A DNA stretch of 53,262 nt, filler included, from Catajapyx aquilonaris (Eukaryota): NCBI GenBank assembly GCA_000934665.2. It is 2 parts of 2 records of this genome, joined end to end, with 100 filler letters (N's around TTAATTAATTAA, not from the genome) between each part and the next. Parts side by side here need not be neighbours in the genome. Positions count along the whole stretch, not along the records: positions 26,730 to 53,262 come from JYFJ02005189.1; 1 more part is not named here. The stretch is one strand, 5' to 3'. Positions 49,370 through 53,262 of this stretch are shown in pieces; positions within the stretch are counted from its first letter, which is position 1; each line of letters starts with the position of its first letter. The notes beneath the pieces are model-generated. The model was not told the DNA's origin. It searched no databases and worked only from the letters and a program-made list of their open reading frames with translations. Made by a program: the position numbers and the translations under genes.

Positions 49370-49657
49370 TTTTAATGTTTTTAGGTTTTTGTTATTTTAG
49401 ATATACAGTATCTTCACAATTTTTGCTTTTCAAGCAGATTTTGAGAAGGTCTTAAAATGGGATCTACCTGTACTTCCTGATGCACCAAAATACCTAACTT
49501 TTAGAGTGACATGAATTTGAGGGAGAACCCTGCTGCAATTCCAGTGCAGCAGGTTCACCTTGTCTCTGCTCTAGTCATCTTGACTTACAGTAAATCATTA
49601 CTGTAGTTTGGAAAATGGCGTTCCACTTGTGGCTTTCTCTTGGGAAATAATTATTGA

Positions 49658-50101
<444 letters not shown>

Positions 50102-50104
50102 TAG

Positions 50105-50308
50105 ACTTGTCAGGTTTATCTCTGCAATCTGGCTCTGGTCGTCTAGTGAAGGATGAATACTCTGCTGGATCAAGCGGGATGGATGTGGACACTGTGGGTC
50201 GAGGAGAAGCTCCGGCAATTACCACTATCCAACACACACCCCAGACTATCCAACATCACCCGCCACAATTTCCAATGATGTCACAACCATCATCAACAGC
50301 AACAGCAT
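50105..50308 (+). CDS. SMAD4: Medea/SMAD4 coding exon 4 (linker)
   Basis: (D)LSGLSLQSGSGRLVKDEY...TIQHHPP. TTTTAG acceptor, T|GTATG donor, phase 1 at both ends. Confidence 0.9.
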
Positions 50309-50366
50309 GTATGAACACCCACCTCCATACTGTTTTCTTGTAGTATATTGATTATATTCCTTATAG

Positions 50367-50513
50367 CTGCGGGTCCGTCCTCACCACCAGCAACACACAG
50401 CATACCTGCAGCAGCACCAGTAGCACCACAGCCACCTCCTGGCACCTCAGCAACTATGGGCTCTCCCACACAGAGGAATCCAAATTTCTTTACTCAGGAT
50501 TCAATGCAACCAG
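50367..50513 (+). CDS. SMAD4: Medea/SMAD4 coding exon 5 (Pro-rich linker)
   Basis: CCTTATAG acceptor, CAG|GTATGG donor, phase 1 at both ends, open frame. Confidence 0.78.
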
Positions 50514-50558
50514 GTATGGAAATGAGTACTGAAACAGCTGGGTGCCATGACCATATCA

Positions 50559-50632
50559 GTCCCTGTAGCTCAGTGGCCAGCGCAATTGTCATTCATAGAC
50601 AAAGGACCCAGGCTTGATTCCTGGCAGAGATG
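50559..50632 (+). pseudogene. Degenerate tRNA-like sequence (tRNA pseudogene or solitary SINE head)
   Basis: GTCCCTG/CAGAGAT acceptor-like stem, TAGCTCAGTGG A box, TTGTC-ATTCATA-GACAA anticodon arm, damaged T loop GGCTTGATTCC. Confidence 0.6.
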
Positions 50633-51229
50633 TCTTGTGCGCACTAATTTTTAGATACGTACAATTTGCCGTTAATATTGAATTCTATGAGACTTTTTTC
50701 CTCATGTGATGGACTCACTTTCAAACATGCCTGACAGAGACTCATTGCAATGTAGGACAGGAAGCTCTGTGTAAACAATCTCAAGAGCAGTTACTTGGGT
50801 AATTGTGAAATGTTGACCAATTCCGATTATGCATGTTATACTAGGAAGAAAGCTTATGTGCCACTTGAAATTGAGCCCAAGGGGTGTGGGAAAATGCATT
50901 TTATTTGATGAAAGACCATACAGAAGTGTGAAGATAGTTAGGTGGATGGAACTTACTTTTGACCATTTGACAGTTCTTGACTGTTGCATGAAGGTGGCCA
51001 TTATTCCGCATTATCCAGTGAGAACTTGTTGTTACTGTTCAGTTATTACAGTACATGATGTAATACGAGGGGTGTTCAAAAAAAGACTGAACTTTTTAAA
51101 TAGCACGTCAGCCGGCACAGAGAGTGTATTGCGGACAGCACCTAGCGACATGTCTTGACCACAAACTGCCATATGCCACGTTCTGCTATGACCATTGGTC
51201 ATCGAGATACAGTTAGTTTAGATTAGTTT

Positions 51230-51450
51230 AGTATCGACTGCAAGCCAGGAATGTGCTTGATAAAGTTACATCGTGCTCTATTACACTAAAATTTTTAAAA
51301 GTATTGTTTTAGTAAGTTTAATAGATAAGTACCCAGCCTGCTTTCTGGTGGGAATAGACAGTGATGCTATCAAATACTTTTAAAAATTTTAGTGTAATAG
51401 AGCACGGCGTAATCTTATCTCACACATTTCTGGCTTCCCGTCAATACATT
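51230..51450. repeat. Imperfect palindromic element, downstream of a truncated mariner-like end (TACGAGGGGTGTTCAAAA at 51064)
   Basis: GTGCTCTATTACACTAAAATTTTTAAAAGTATT is mirrored by AATACTTTTAAAAATTTTAGTGTAATAGAGCAC. Confidence 0.7.
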
Positions 51451-51759
51451 CGCGAAGTAATTCAGAATATAAACGGCCGAGATCACAGAGGTGGGCAATT
51501 AACTTAATTATGATTATACAAATGGCGATTTCAATGTTTCAAATATATCATTAGATAGACAAAGATTTGCACTATCTAGGGTTCAGAGGGGGATTTTTTT
51601 GGCCTCCGGGAAGTGTCATTTAAAAATTCACTTTGCGGCATAACGTTGGCAACTAGTCAAAAAATGACACTCCTGGTTTGGGAGCTTGTCATAGCCCCCA
51701 CAAAATTAATATTATATTTGTAGTGTCATGAGCTGTTATTGTTTGTTTTTTTTCCACAG

Positions 51760-51815
51760 CATCAGTTCCAGCTCAAGCGCAGCCAGTAACTCCTGGACCT
51801 CTGTCACCCCATATG

Positions 51816-51847
<32 letters not shown>

Positions 51848-51863
51848 ACAACAGCAGCAGCAA

Positions 51864-51895
<32 letters not shown>

Positions 51896-52101
51896 GCAAC
51901 AACAACAGTCCCCACCTCAACAACCCCAAGCTTCTCAACAGCAACCTCAACAACAACAGAATGGGTTTGGAAATTTGAGCAACCAAGTGGCTGGCAGCCA
52001 AACGTTCCCAGGAACACAAGCCACATATGTTGGGGGTAGCACACTCACATACACCCAGAACATGCAGCCACCTGACCCTAGGTCTCACCATCCTGGTTAC
52101 T
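51760..52101 (+). CDS. SMAD4: Medea/SMAD4 coding exon 6 (polyQ linker)
   Basis: TTTTTCCACAG acceptor in phase 1. ASVPAQ...M-Q31-SPP...STLTYTQNMQPPDPRSHHPGY. T|GTAAG donor. Confidence 0.9.
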
Positions 52102-52332
52102 GTAAGTTGGTGACCCACATGGTCTTTGCTATTGCTTGAAAAAAAAGAAGATAATCTGATTGTATGACCATTAAATTCTGATTCATTTTTATCTGATAGG
52201 ATTGAGTTGAATGAGGTCTACAATTTGGAGGTCCAATGGACTTGTACGCATAATCTCAATAATGAATCATGTTCCACATTGATGTGAGACAATTACTTTT
52301 TATCCATGAAAATAAATGATGCACTCTTTCAG

Positions 52333-52579
52333 GGCCTCACCAGCAGCAACTACAACATGACATGTCCTTAACGGGCATGCTCTCATCTCAGCCAGCTCCT
52401 GAGTACTGGTGTTCCATTGCCTATTTTGAATTGGACACTCAAGTAGGAGAGACTTTTAAGGTTCCATCCACCTGTCCCAGTGTAACAGTGGATGGTTATG
52501 TTGACCCTTCAGGAGGAGATAGATTTTGCCTGGGAGCACTCAGCAATGTCCATCGAACGGAGTTGAGTGAAAGAGCCAG
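52333..52579 (+). CDS. SMAD4: Medea/SMAD4 coding exon 7 (MH2 start); gene continues past the window
   Basis: (W)PHQ...[60 protein letters not shown]. Confidence 0.97.
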
Positions 52580-53262
52580 GTGCGTGTTGCTAGGCAATAA
52601 TATTGATGGTTGTGGGTAAGATCCTGTAGTTATAGGTGGGACCCCTCACAACTGTAGCACTTATGTGTCAAATTGCATGTCTAGTTCATAAATTCATAAA
52701 AATGCCAAAAGCTTGAAAAGTAATGTTCAAGTTGGGTTAAATGTTAGTCATACAACTTTTACCATTTTCCATGTCAACCAGAAGAGGCATTTGTGTGTAG
52801 TCAGAAGAAATATGGTTTCCAAGTTATTGATCTGTAATATTTTGGCATATGACATTTCCAATATTTTTGCATGCAAATAATCAGAGTTTAATACCATTGT
52901 GTTACAAAGTTCTATTCTTCTGCAAAGTGACTGTCATGAATATATACAGGGAGTGCAAACATTTGCAGATAATTGCCAAGTTGGATAGGACACGCAAAAG
53001 TTGTGTAGGGATGTCAAAGTCATTTTCGAGTGCGTTCCATAGTTTTTACATGCTGCACCTTTTAAAGTTTTTTTATGTCACATTCATCCCGCCAGCTTCA
53101 AAGTAGCAAAGCCAGCAGGAAGCCCTCATCATAATATGGGCTTAGGCTCATAATGCATTGTCCATGTACTATCACGGTCAAAAAGATTGTCGGACTGTTA
53201 TGGAATCGTCCGCGACTTTTTCTCCCGCCAATCAGTGTGCCAGGTGCAGGTGATTTGGGCGA

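Noticed and set aside
51728..52118. Poly-Ala, poly-Leu and Ala/Val ORFs
   Set aside because: They are alternative frames of the CAG/CAA tract. Splice phases select the polyQ frame.

Overview
This is eukaryotic genomic DNA from an invertebrate, most likely an arthropod. It has spliceosomal introns, tRNA-derived SINEs, many MITEs and two assembly gaps. Recognisable host genes: (1) a GATAD1-like gene (minus strand, about 14.5-23.0 kb) with an RGG-rich repeat expansion; (2) an AP-4 epsilon (AP4E1) gene (minus strand, 31.8-35.6 kb, first exon not located) that appears to stop before the C-terminal ear domain; (3) the 5' part of Medea/SMAD4 (plus strand, 45.1 kb to beyond the window) with a 31-Q tract. 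Two further genes are hidden from the ORF track: a spliced but frameshifted Enhancer-of-rudimentary (ERH) paralogue (minus strand, about 9.1-9.56 kb), and a BTB-C2H2 gene with a hydrophobic C-terminus that is split by a SINE (plus strand, 25.1-26.2 kb). The rest is dense, often nested transposon material: an Academ-like foldback element, a Sola-like element, hAT-Charlie, Tc1/mariner/pogo and PIF/Harbinger-type MITEs, an RNase H-bearing LINE fragment, and four SINE head types that share or swap 3' tails. All calls come from manual reading and recalled family motifs. No searches were run, so family assignments need confirmation.
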